Shown one piece after another: positions 48,101 to 60,299 of a stretch of DNA of 64,000 nucleotides; the stretch's first letter is position 1; each line of letters opens with the position of its first letter. Made by a program: the position numbers and the translations under genes. Below the pieces are notes generated by a model. The model did not search any database and was not told the DNA's origin. It worked only from the letters and a program-made list of their open reading frames with translations. Origin of the DNA: Asterias rubens. Lineage: Eukaryota. Location of the stretch: contig NC_047078.1 of NCBI RefSeq assembly GCF_902459465.1, forward strand, positions 9,486,001 to 9,550,000, written 5' to 3'.

Positions 48101-51100
48101 AACGGTCAACACACTATATGGAATAACACTTTCTGTTTAAAGGTTCCTACAAACTTTGGTACCAAAAATGATATAGGTATTAGCACAAACAACTTGGTAA
48201 TTAGCATTTGAAAGCTGTTGATAGTATAAAACATTGAGAGAAACGGCTCCCTCTGAAGTAACGTAGTTTTTGAGAAAGAAGTAATTTCTCACGAAAATAT
48301 TTGAATCTGAAAAACACTTCAAACCTGAAGCCCCTCTTTCAGGCATCTGTAAAGAACACATAATTGTGAAACAATGGTGTTTTTCCTTTGTTTATTTCCT
48401 TGCAACTTTGATGACCAATCTTAAGCCAAATTTTAACAGATCTGTTAATGTAGACATAATGCTGGGATACACCAAGTGAGAATGCTGGTCTTTGACAATA
48501 ATATTACCAAGTGTCCAGTGCCTTTAATACACCCGTAAGCACCCATGCAAAACGAACTTGTGATGTATAATGTAGAGCCAATATATTAGGAATTAATCTG
48601 TTTTGCTAGTCGTAGATAATCCAGATGTGATATCACATTTTGCCCCCATCGTCAAGGGTCTGATGATAACCTTGCATATGGTGAATGCTTAATGACCAAT
48701 ATACGCATTTGAAATACCCAAGTTAATAAAGATGTAGACTTCGCAATGATCTTAATACTCGTCTCCTGAGTGACCTTGACATGGCAGAACGGGCCCAATT
48801 TCATAGAGCTATACTCAGCACAAAAAACCCTAGCACAACAAAATAATTATGCTTACACAATGTGATATCACATTTATTTAAAGACAGTGGACACTATTGG
48901 TAAATGTCAAAGACCAGTCTTCCCACTTGCTGTGTCTCAACATATGCATAAAAATAACAAAACTGTGAAAATTTGAGCTCGATTGGTCGTCGGAGTTGCG
49001 AGATAACTAATGAAAGAAAAAACACCCTTGTCACACGAAGTTGTGTGCTTTCAGATGCTTGATTTCGAGACCTCAAATTCTAAACTTGAGGTCTCGAAAT
49101 CAAATTCGTGGAAAATTACTTCTTTCTTAAAAACTACTCCACTTCAGAGGGAGCCGTTTCTCACAATGTTTTATACTGTGTCAACGGCTCCCCATTACTC
49201 GTTATCAAGTTTAAGGTTTTATGCTAATAATTATTTTGAGTAATTACCAATAGTGTCCACTGCCTTTAATTGCCTCTATCGTGAAGGGAGACTGAAAACC
49301 ATGCATATGGTGAATGCTAATGGCCAGGATAAGCATTGATAAAAAAATGCATAGTCTATGAAATTGTAGACTTGTATCTCAAGGATCTGAATTTAGTACA
49401 CGTCTCACGAGTGACCTTGAATCTTATGACAAAACGGGCCCAATTTCGAAGAGCAACTTGACATTAGGTTTGTACAAATTGTACTTATTGCGGGTGTCAC
49501 ATGTTCATTGTCACATTTGGGCTAGGATGGCCAATCCATTACGATACTAAGCTTAATAACAATATTATACATGTCTCTATAGTTAACCCCCGTACAAGAA
49601 TTAACAAGCGGTGACGTTCGTCTTGAATTTTCATTCTTTTGTAGACAAACCTGTGGTCGTGTCCCCAACCCCCATGGTCAGGGCAGGTCGAGATGACTAT
49701 GTAACAATAAGATGTAACGTCAAAGCCGTCCCAAAAGCTGAAATAGTCTGGAAGAGGAACAAGGTGGTGCTGCAAAATAACGGCAGGGGAATTCTCCGCA
49801 ACGGGATGCAATCTGTCGAGTAATTTAATAAGCATTAATTTATTTTAATACACTAATGGGGGACTTTTTGGACGCTTGGTGGCAGCAGACTTACCAGGTA
49901 GATATATTGTTGTTTTACGTTATTTTGCGTATGATTGACCGGTAATTCTGCTGCCACCTAGCGTTCTGAAGTGACCTATTTTAATTAACCCTTATGGTCA
50001 AGACTGACCAAGATCCTGGGCCCAATGTCATACTACTTGTGCACAGACAGAAAGTATAGCTAAGCACAACAAAAACAATGCTTTACCAGAACAAGTTTAA
50101 CAGCCAAAAGTGCCATGTCACTTGCATCATCTTTGACTGATATTCTAAGCACAAATTGTTAAGCACAACATTTCTGCTTATTCAACTCTATAAAACTTGG
50201 CCCAAACTTTGTGCGGTTAGTTAATTTCTATTTCATTATACTGACAGAAAACGAAAGTTTGCCAAAAGTAATTTAAATTTGTAGTCATGATAAAATTGTT
50301 TGCCTTTTTGTATTCCAAGTTATGTATTAGTGAAAGTGATGCCAGACACCGACTATGGCAACTACTCTTGTGTTGCGTCAAACATGATGGGCACATCACA
50401 AATGACTGTTGAATTACATGGTAAGACCTTCAATATAATCTTCAAAGATGTTCTGGGGTCGTCCTATAGAGTGTCGGGGTTAACCTGTTTCTTTATTTAC
50501 GTGTTAATTATGTCCCTTATAATGTATGTTTGATGTAATTCTTTTAAATATTTGTATCTTCTCCATTTTTGGAGGTTTTGAGGTAATAAATAAATAAATA
50601 AATAATGGGAGACTTTGGAACGCTAGGTGGCAGCAGTCATCATAAGATCAAAATACCTTGTTTACGTATACCCTTTTCGAAACCACGGCTTCGGCTTCCA
50701 GACTCGGCTCAGGCTAGCTTGGCCCCGCGGTTGTTTTGACAATTGCACGTGCTTTGCATTCGTGCTCAGGGCTTCAGACGAGAGGACGGAGCCTGAAGCC
50801 GAAGCCGTGGATTCAAAAAAGGGCCATAGTTCTGAGCCTTTTCAGGTCACAACTACAAAAACAATAGATGTAAGTCTCCTGCAACCGACCCCAAAAGTCT
50901 CACATTTGCAATTGGCTTAATGTAGAAAACAAGATACAAAATTCGAACAAACTAATTTTCGCCATGACCAAAAAAATATAAGAGAGAATTGGACTTATTT
51001 CATCAATATTATGTTGCAGGTCGACCTGTAGCCCCAGCAGTGACAAGCCAAGCTATGGGTCGTAAACGCCACGCTTATACATTGTCATGGCAACCAGGAA

Positions 51101-53202
51101 CATCTTCGTCCAATCAGAAGGTACCAATCAGTGCTTACGTCATCATGTTCAGAGGATGGTGGATAGAGGCAAGTATTTGCATTTCATAGAATTTGAAATT
51201 CTTTTGTTTTTGGGGTATTTAATTTCTTCTTTATAAATGCTCGATTGATTTTTTTTTCCCCAAAATATTCAAACTTCTGTTACACACTGGGATGGGCCAA
51301 GTGATCTCTTATGTTGACAATAGTTGGATGAGCAATTGACTGGCCCCTATAAGGTTATTCTGCGATGACGTCATGTGAATTGTATCGTGATATGTCTGCT
51401 GCCACCTAGTGTCCAAAATACCTCATTTGATAAATTATTTTTTTCCTTTCAACTTCCTGGCAGATGAGAGGGACGGCAAAGAGGATAGTGTTCTCACACG
51501 ACACCCCTCTGAGAGAAGTGGTACGTGTCCGTGGTGACGAAAGGTCTTACAGTTACATCATACGTGACCTGAGGCCAAACACGACCTATGAGTTGAGTAT
51601 TTATGGAAGAAACCAATACGGAAATGGGGATGTATCAATGTTCACCTTTTACACAACTACTGGTAAGAAGGCTTTGTTTTTATTTAAATCTTATTTACCG
51701 TTATGAGAGAGGTCCCAAAAAACTTTTAAACCCCATTATACATTTAGACGACGCCCCAAATAAAACGCTGTTATCAGATTGCATTTCTCGTATATTTTTT
51801 GTGTGTGTTTTATCTTCATCAAAGTTACTTTTTACATTCCCAGCTGATGCCATATTATAGAATTATTCAAGTCTGAATGTTCGTAATTAAAACAGTTATC
51901 AATATAAACCACAAAGGAAACTGACCGGGTAAAATTTCATTTCTAGTCAATTCTTTGTTCAACCCCCAAAATCAAATTAATAAAAACAGTGTGTACTTTC
52001 ACCATTCTGATTACTTTTTGTTTTAATTAAGCCTCACGAAGTTCATGCCTTGTTTTCGAAGTTTGTATACAAGTTTGAAATGCACCAGACTCACTTTGTA
52101 GTTACTTGGCAATCTAGACAGCTCTGGAGTGGCATGGCCAGATAGCCAAAAAGTGTTGAGTTTGGTCACAACTTCTTTTAATACTCAAAATAGTTGTTAG
52201 CATAAAAAATTACTTGGTATACAAGCAATGGGGAGCTGTTGATAGTATAAAACATTGTGAGAAACGGCTCCCTCTGAAGTATTTTTTTTTTGAGAAAGAA
52301 GTACGTTTCCAAGAATTCGTTCACAAAATCAAGCATCTGAAAGCACACAACTTCGTTTGACAAGGGTGTTTTATTATTCCATTATTATCTCGCAACTTCG
52401 GCGACCAATCGAGCTCAAATTTTCACAGATTTGTTATTTTGTGCATCATTGAGATACACCAGGTGAGAAGACTAGTCTTTGACATTGACCAATAGTGTCC
52501 AGTGCCTTTAACAGGATTGATTTGCTAACATTTGGCGCACTTTGTTTATCATCAACACGACCAAACAGGAACTAATAACGAAAATTTAAACGAAACTCAA
52601 TTAACTCTGATTTCTGTCTACATTTTTGCAGCAAATGTTCCAACGACCACGCAATCAATGATATCAAAATATGGCATAATGATGACAACTAAACCTGGTA
52701 TGTATTAAAGTTTTTTCTTTTATAATTTTTAAATTTGATGTCCAATTGAGCAGCAATTTCACAGATTTTTATTTTAATGTCGTATAATGTTTGGAAAACA
52801 AGAGGGAATTGGTCTTTAGAAATTGTCAAAGGTGTCCAGTACCTAAGGATTTTTTTTTACCTGTCCATTAAATAAGCCGCATAAATAGGCCTATAATGAC
52901 GAGGATATTGAAGACTGCAGACCCAAGTATAGTCCCCACTCCCACATGTCTCGCGGAGTCCCATGGCGGTGAACACACCTGCAGATACACAATTAAGGGG
53001 GCAGAATCCCTTGGGACAAATTCTTTTTTTACACCAGTAACGACAACGGATAATCTTTCTTTTTGTTGACCACATTAATTTTGTTCTCTGCACAGGTATT
53101 CGCCTTCCTCGTCGATCTGGAGCTGCTAGTCTTGAAGGAACGGGGCAACTTTGCTGTGTTATTTCAAGTTTGCTTTTCAGCTACATCATCATTAACAAAT
53201 AA
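36194..53202 (+). CDS. GPI-anchored immunoglobulin-superfamily adhesion molecule: signal peptide, 3 Ig domains, 1 FN3, S/T-rich stalk, GPI signal (Klingon/Wrapper-, Lachesin/IgLON-like), 539 aa, 11 exons
   Basis: Exons 36194-36251, 40868-41023, 41544-41675, 43615-43791, 45068-45367, 49645-49819, 50320-50420, 51020-51168 (GC donor), 51464-51662, 52632-52697, 53096-53202; phases consistent, 1620 nt. Signal MDHQRVLLLTMLITITVPITA; Ig motifs ALLECEIVNLGNKDVSW...DAGDYKCQV, LFCNATGSPEPNVTW...DAGTYNCTASN, TIRCNVKAVPKAEIVW...DYGNYSCVASN; FN3 YTLSWQP...ISAYVIMF...LRPNTTYELSIYGRNQYGNG; C-terminal SGAAS plus hydrophobic tail. Confidence 0.88.
38022..38305 (+). repeat. Minisatellite, about 60-65-bp unit x 5
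   Basis: Recurring (atgattg)gtggactcaaagtttacgt..agcttattatgtatgcatttattcatgcaa. Confidence 0.75.
38598..38983. mobile_element. Family A MITE inserted into a family G tRNA-derived repeat
   Basis: G tail catcggtgtatatggg-TTAA-[MITE]-TTAA-gccaaaaagaatattctttatccc resumes after the insertion. Confidence 0.8.
41791..42470 (+). repeat. Tandem repeat, about 180-200-bp unit x 3.6, intron 3 of the Ig/FN3 gene
   Basis: atattaaaagtcgatggcagtttt starts at 41791, 41991, 42186 and 42365. Confidence 0.85.
43138..43500. mobile_element. Family A MITE (right end truncated)
   Basis: TTAAAGGCACTGGACACC start, internal hairpin, ends gtaattaccaatagtg. Confidence 0.75.
44461..44709. mobile_element. Putative MITE with short TIRs (CTCTCTA...TAGAGAG) and internal AAAGAGTG repeats
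   Basis: Inverted ends actctcta / tagagagt; single copy in the window. Confidence 0.35.
45840..46178. mobile_element. Family A MITE
   Basis: TTAA-agacagtggacactattggtaatt ... aattaccaatagtgtccactgcct-TTAA. Confidence 0.85.
46255..46685 (+). mobile_element. LINE (CR1-group) 3' fragment, degenerate ORF2 C-terminus
   Basis: IQRSAARLCFNNYSREASVSEMITKLNWHQLE...RLAMMFLILHNLVDI and downstream HWNGLPHTIL...AFKTAI match the QRRAAR...SVT.ML..L.W..L..RR...RL...WN.LP...FK tail of CR1-like reverse transcriptases; stop codons and frameshifts present. Confidence 0.72.
47545..47830 (+). repeat. Degenerate minisatellite (about 60-70-bp unit; ATATTGGACATTGG.CATTCAAA.AGGTTTGTACA)
   Basis: At least four recurrences of attggaca.tgg.cattcaaa and atcgaatatcaatgttgct. 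Confidence 0.6.
48137..48527. mobile_element. Family A MITE (diverged left TIR)
   Basis: TTAA-agg ... gtgtccagtgcct-TTAA; internal body matches family A. Confidence 0.7.
48878..49269. mobile_element. Family A MITE, full length
   Basis: TTAA flanks, both TIRs and the internal hairpin are intact. Confidence 0.87.
50671..50823. mobile_element. Short palindromic MITE (CCCTTTTCGAAACCACGGCTTCGG...CCGAAGCCGTGGATTCAAAAAAGGG)
   Basis: Inverted termini of about 24 bp. Confidence 0.6.
52090..52511. mobile_element. Family A MITE, variant left end (CAATCTAGACAGCTCTGGAGTGGC segment also at about 31840)
   Basis: Right TIR gtgtccagtgcct-TTAA at 52495-52511; body matches family A. Confidence 0.7.
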
Positions 53203-53918
53203 ATAAGTACCAATATTATCGCACGAACTGTCGTTTTTTATTGTAATGAAACCAAAGTTTAATTGAAACAACAAGTTTGTCAGTGAGAGTTATTTATAAC
53301 CTGTTGTCTAACGATGCCATCCTACATGTAGTATACTCCCTGTTACGATCATACCGGTGTACCAGGGAAATCTGTCCACTCTGTCCCCTATAAAGGGAAA
53401 CTTTTATGGCTTTATGAGGACGCTTCAAGAGAGGGCGCTATATCAGAAGGGGTTTGGACATAATCTACTGCCACCTGCTTAACTAGTTACGACGACAAAA
53501 ATAAGCTACATAAAACTTATAGCCATTAATGTCAATCAAATGACTTAGCATTATTATCTTTTTTGGAACCCGTGACGGTTTCAACATTCCTTTTCCCCGG
53601 CTAGAGACCCTGCCGTCGATTTCACCAAACTCTTCCTAACTTAGGATTAATCTTAGGAATTAGGACGAGTTCAGTTCTGCCATCCAAAGACGTTAGGACG
53701 AATTGAACCCATCTTAGGTAAGAAAGGGTTACTCGTCCTAACGTGAGATAGGATTAATCATAGCGTTTTGTGAAATCGGCCCACAAGTTCAAAAAGCTGC
53801 TTAGGCAGAAAAGACTGCTTAACAAATATTGAAACGAGCAGGTCACATATTGTTAGCACATAAATGTGCCTGTGCTTAGGTAGGCTCACGTGGTTAGGCA
53901 ACTCTATGAAATTAGGCC

Positions 53919-54630
53919 CAGATCTGCAGTACAGACCGTTTGGCGATCGCAAGTGCCAATGTGCCGAAAAAGGGCAAAATGGCTTTAGGTTAGTGCAAAG
54001 GAATGGTTAGTAGGGCCTATTACACCGGAAAGGTTCAAAGGCTTGCCGTTTTCAGGTAGTTAAGTAGAATCGTAACTAAAACAAACTTGGAGGAGTGGTT
54101 AAATTTTGGTTTGTGTTTTTGAAGTGCTAAACAGTGTCGACACAATTGACAATAGAGAGCGCTATGAACAATTTCATAGGCCAAGTTCCAAAAAAAAATT
54201 GCTAACACAAAAATTGAAATGAGGAGGTCGCAAATTGTACACTGTAGGACATGATACTTTGGCTGGTAACCTTATTCTGGAGAGCACAATGTTTCTGTGC
54301 TTAGGTACTTGCAATAGGCAGCTCTATGAAATCAGGCCCATATCTGCAGAAAGATCGAGTGGCGATTGCCAAGTGCCAATGTGCCGAAAAAGGGCAAAAT
54401 ATGGCACAAGGTTAGTTCAAGGGAAGGATTAGTATTCCCGGAAAAAGTAAAAGGCTTGCCATTTTCAGAAAATTGTTAAGGAGAATCGTAACTTATAAAA
54501 TATAACAAACTTGGAGGAGGGGTTAAATATTTGTTTGTGTTTTCAAGGTGCTTATAAACACTGTCGACACATTAAATAGAAGACCTATTTGACAATAGAG
54601 GGCGCTATGAAAAATTTCATAAGCCAAGTT
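53919..54630 (+). repeat. Old tandem duplication (about 420-bp offset) interleaved with family B MITEs
   Basis: caagtgccaatgtgccgaaaaagggcaaaat...aacaaacttggagg...gacaatagag.gcgctatgaa.aatttcata occurs at about 53950 and 54370. Confidence 0.7.
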
Positions 54631-57115
54631 CTCACAGGGCTCACACATTTTTTCGACATAAAGACTGATCTGGGCCAAATTTCATAAAGCTGTTAAGCAG
54701 AAAATACCGCTTGACAAATTTCTTTGCTAAGCATAAATTGATTGAGGTACCAGTCACAACAATGAGAATGTAATGTAGTTTTGGCTGGTGACCTGTTTTC
54801 TGTCGAACAACACTTTTCCGTGCTTAGCAAGTCTGTGCTTAAATGCTTTATGAGTGGGCACTGATACCAAAAACATGTTTTGAGCACCTTTTAAACGATA
54901 TTAATAATAATCAGTCGTTTTAGTCGGACTCTTTATACATGTTTATAGGCCTAAGTCATTCTGATATTAATAATCTCAGTGTAGAAAACGGGTTTCAAAG
55001 TCATAATTTGCAAAGTTCTGCAATAATTTATAAATGACATGTACACAAGTAATAATAAGCAATTTGCATGCCATGCAATGCACTATAGATACGTTATAAA
55101 TAACTGCAGATAGAAATCATCATGGTAGGCCCAAGCAACTTGCTCTTTGTTCTTCTGCAACCTTAGTCACATAATTGTAAGGGTTTTTTTTCTAGTGACT
55201 GTGAGGTCTGTATGTACAACTATTTCCTAAAGGGGGAACTAAAACCCGAACTAGTGCCCATTCACTGCCAGTGAACTGGCTTCCTCTATTGTTTTATAAA
55301 CAATAATGAACTGTTCGAATCCCACCGAGTAATTGTCTGTGACTTGTCATTTTCACTGAACTCTGGATTTGACTACACTGTTACAGGCCTGCTAAACGTG
55401 TAATGGGTCACCCCGTTATTCTTTACAAAGCTCGATGTAAAATTGTTACATAAACAAATTATGAATTAATTTAATCTTTTGTTTGGTTCCGGCACCAATA
55501 AGTTTCGACATCCATCCCTATATTCCGACACACCTATAGTGCATTTCTCCAAATACAAATCCCGGAACCCTTGGATAATTATACCAGGGGATTCGGAACA
55601 TAGGGATGTCGGAATAGAGCGTGCAGTCACCTTTTATTTCACTGGTTGACGGACACTCTATAGCTCTATTAAAGGTGACTGTACCAGGCGAATCGTATTA
55701 CTGAACAAAAGAGGGCGCTATTTGTTGGGGCCGAAGCCTTTTGCATCTAAAACCACACAAAGTATGTGCAACAATGATTTTTCTTCTTTCGTTATTCTCT
55801 TACAACTTCGTTTACAATTGAGTCAACATTTTCACAGATTTGTTGTAATTATGCATAATGTTTGGATAAACCAAGTGAGAATACGTCTGGTCTTATTATA
55901 CCTTTATCATGGTGCCGCCATCTTGATTTTCCCCCATTGATATCAATGTAAACCAAATCGAGGCAGGAAGAAAATAATAGTCTGGTTCCTGTTTGCAAAA
56001 TGATTATGAGCATTCATTATTGTTATTTGATACAAGAGGAACATAACCAAGATGGAGGGAGCATGATAAGGTCTATTACCAAACGTGTCAAGCGCCTTTA
56101 ACCCGCCAGTTCAAACACTAACAATGTTGCAATCGATTAGAACAATCCCCTCGTTTATAGACCAAGTGACCTTTACTTTCAATAGGTGTGACCTAATGTA
56201 CAATGATACATTCTTTCGATTTCTGGGAGGCAAGATACTGCACTGGTCGTATGGGGAAATTGATATTGTGTGGCATCACACAAATCCGAGAGTTAAACAA
56301 GTAAAAGCTGGACAAGTTTGAGATGTGCCCCCCCCCCCTTTCGTCATATCAAAAGTTGATAAGAATTGGACAGTGCATGCAATCTCTATGTTTTCTTCAA
56401 TTGAGCTGCATGTTCAAATCATGCCTGCCGGAAGTTTAGGCTTAGTGGCTACTTTGTTAATGTGATGTCACAGGTCACATCGTCTGTATTATAATTATGT
56501 ATACTAAGTTATTTCTATAATGAACTCCGAATCAGGCGATTAAAGTTTGAATATTTAATTATAGTTCATACCTGGTGCTATAAAGCGTATAGTTGCTGGT
56601 ATAGATGCCTATACCCTACTGCTAATTTAATGCAAGACCAAGTTTTATCATGTTGACCGACACTGTTAAAACCAAGCCACCATTATGCATTGAAAAGAAC
56701 TTGGCCAAGACTTTTGTTTTCATTTTGATATGCTCTATATTTGGTAAGACACTGTTCTATAGTTGCAAAAGTCGTGGGTTAGAAGCCCACCCGAGTAGAT
56801 AAGCCTGTGATTTTGTGTTCACAGAGCGCACTCGGGAAAGTACTCAGTATACAGTGCTAGCACACATCGGTGTTTATGGTTAAAAACCATAACTGATATT
56901 AAGCTCTGATGTTTTTTAAATCAAGGACCCATTAAAAAAAAGAAGCTTCTTAGCAGCTCAGCAAATGTCTTGAGCGGGATCAGGTAGCAGAAATGTCTGT
57001 GCGTAGTGCAAGCTGGCCCCAAACAAGACTTAAAGCTACTCTTGGTACACCAGGGATAATATTAACGATGAAACTAGCTTTTTATGAGAGCTGAAGGTAG
57101 GAATTGATATTCCTC

Positions 57116-57484
57116 TTAAAGGCAGTGGACACTATTGGTAATTACTCAAAACAATTATTGGCATGAAACCTTACTTGGTGACAAGTAATGGGGAGAGGTT
57201 GATGGTATAAAACATTGTGAGAAACGGCTCCCTCTGAAGTGCCATAGTTTTCGAGAAAGAAGTATTTTTCCACGATTTTGATTTCGAGACCTCACGAAAT
57301 CAACCATCTAAACGCACAGAACTTCGTGTGACAAGGGGTGTTTTTTTCTTTCATTATTATCTCGCAAGTTCGATGACCGATTGACGTCAAGTTTTCACGG
57401 GTTTGTTATTTTAGGCTTATGTTGAGATACACCAACTGTGAAGGCTAGTCTTTGACAATTACCAATAGTGTCCACTGACTTTAA
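57116..57484. mobile_element. Family A MITE, full length
   Basis: TTAA-aggcagtggacactattggtaattactc ... caatagtgtccactgact-TTAA. Confidence 0.87.
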
Positions 57485-58279
57485 AACAGTCTAGTTTGTA
57501 GGACAGAGGAAAACATGCACCAGGCAAGTATTTCCAAAGAGATGCAATATGTGGAATAAAGCAGTTGGAATGATTCGTTGCTCCACTTCTTACCGGAGTT
57601 TATGGATGAGAACTTTACATTAAAAAAACAGTCTATACCTTCTATGAAAAGAAATACATCTCAATAGCTGAGTAAATAACAACAAAATCAAGCTGACAAC
57701 AAACAAAACAACAACAAAATCACAATAGGTAACAAATTAATTATTACACAGTCCCTTTATTTAATGCTTCGCCAAGTGAGATTTCTGTTGTCAATATACC
57801 TTATGCATATGACGTCATATGAGAAACGAAAGAAAATAACACCATTTAGTAAAAACTGGCAGCACTTGTTTCCAAAGACGAAACATCACTTTGTTAAGTT
57901 CAATTAAACCGTCTGCACTTATTAACATAATAGTATAACTCGTTTTCAATGTCCACAGAATTGTCATACTACTCCTTGAGGGTTGCCCTAAATTCAACAT
58001 TTACCAAATAATTAACAAGTCGACATGTGAACTACATTTTATTTTAAGAAAATGTGCCCTATAAATCGGGAAGAGGAGGTGGTGGTAATTAAAGATATTC
58101 CAATATTGCAACTTGGCTAAAGCAACGAATACTGTGTACATTTTTTACTTCCATATAAATTAATGAACTTTTATATTAATGTGTCCATCTTGGTTAAAAC
58201 AATAATTAGTAACAATGTTTTCCTCCGTCTTCAAACGCTTTGACTGCTGTCAAAATGACGTCGTCCATTACTAGTACAG

Positions 58280-58511
58280 GGGTCGATTTCACAAAGAGTT
58301 GGGACTAGTCCCAAAAGATACGAGTAATTGGTCCTAACTCGAGATAAGACTAGTCCTAACTCTTTGTGAAATCCACCCCAGGGGTCGATTTCACAAAGAG
58401 TTAGGACTAGTCCCAAAAGATATACAAATTGCATGGATAGTCCTAAATTAGGACGAGTAATTGGTCCTAACTCGAGTTAAGACCAGTCATAACTCTTTGT
58501 GAAATCCACCC
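58280..58511. mobile_element. Two family C MITEs head-to-tail (58280-58378 and 58382-58511), abutting a family A element (about 58512-58895)
   Basis: cag-[C]-cag-[C]-ctg-gacac; shared 3-bp CWG junctions. Confidence 0.8.
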
Positions 58512-60299
58512 CTGGACACTTTGGGTAATATTTCCAAAGACCAATATTCTCACTTGGTGTATCCCAACACATGCATAACATACCACTCTACGAACATTGA
58601 AATCAATTTGTCATCTAAGTTGCAAGTGAATATTGACAAATAATAAATTACTTGTACGAATTTGTGGGCTTTTAGATGTTCAATAAAAAGGCCTCAATAT
58701 TTGTAATATTTTGAGTGAGAAATATAATCCCTTTCTAAAAATCATACGTTACTTCAGAGGGAGCCGTTACTTCAGAGGGAGCCATTTATTTAATGTTTTA
58801 TACCATCAACAGCTCTCCATTGCTCGTTACCAAGTAAGTGTTTATGCTAGCAAGTATTTTTAGTTTAACAGTACCAATAGTGTTCAGTGTCTTGAACTAG
58901 CATATTCAAAAAGTTGAAATTATAAACGACGGTATATACGGAAAAGGGTTAGAGATCGATTTCATAATAAATATCAGAATTGGTAATGTAAAGTTAGTTG
59001 CATGTTTTGGAAAAGCACATTGCAGAAAACGATTGGATACACACTAGACGATATGCCAGGGAAATTTAAGCTTGATAAAATATAATTATAAGAGAACAAA
59101 AATGCAGTGAGCTCTGAGTGTGACGCAATGTTACAATGAACACAAATACGATAAAGTTATAGATGGTCAGCACATGACGTCATTGACCACCATTTTGATG
59201 AAACGTGCAAGCAAGAAATTAGGCTATCATTGGTTAAGGGTTGTGCGCAGTGCGTACAAGGGTGCACTTCTCCATTGTTTATCCTCAAATATAGCGGCCG
59301 AAGACGTCATTATTTTGCAATCATTCTATTTTGCTCATTTTCGGTACCCTATGGAGAATAAGGACAAAACAAAAGGTCTTTGTTCTAAAGACAGCTGTGC
59401 CCCACAGGGAATTTAGTGTACTAAGTATATGGGAATAATATGTAAAGTGCAGGGACACGTTTTAAGACCCGGTCACACAGGCCCCGATAATAATAATAAC
59501 GAGAACGAAAACGTTATCAATAGACGCCGTTGATAGGTTGAATAAGCGTGGACGTTTATATTCTGCGTAAGTTCTGCGTGGAGCAGTTCAACCAATAGAA
59601 TGCGTTCTCTTTGCGCTATCGTTCTTGTTATCGCTGCAGTGGGACCGGGCCTTTAGTGCTATAATAATTTGGAGTAATTACGAGTAGTTTCCAGTGCATT
59701 TAACATAATATTACGATAATGTCGTGTATACAGCAGTATAAGGAGTAACCGTGCCATCACCGTGAAATAGTGCCAATAACTTTTGCGTAGGTGCCTACAC
59801 AACCGTAAAAGTTTGAAAGTTTATTTCAATGCTACTATCAGGATTGATAAAGCTCTGGTAAAAGAAATTTCGTGACCGCCTACATGAAATAGCATACCTT
59901 TATGAAAATTTTAGGCTTGATCTGTTAAGAAAAAGAAAAAAGAAACATGCACAGTTTTTAAAACACTACGTCATTTCAGAGGGAGATATTTCACAGAAAA
60001 AAGCTCTGATATTTTATTTGATGAGCTTTCAGTGAATTCTTACTACTCCTGTATAATTCTTTTAATACTTTTAAAAATACACTGCTTGGGGTCGAAACGT
60101 CAGACAATTAACTGAGCTTGCAGCGCCAACGCAAATTCCGAAGACGTGACAATAAAACTTATAACAATAACTACATTATAATAAATAAAAAAATAACTGG
60201 AATATTGGGGCTAGAATGAAATTGTCATAGTCAAATAATTTAAAGTCGTACCGTAAATGGTGCAATGCGATTGTTAAATCCATTGTGACCTACACGTAT

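Noticed and set aside
50770-50869. Exon-like segment (ctcAG ... GAT|GTAAGT) in Ig-gene intron 7
   Set aside because: Phase-incompatible with the flanking phase-1 junctions (stop codon in the required frame) and mostly a palindromic MITE.
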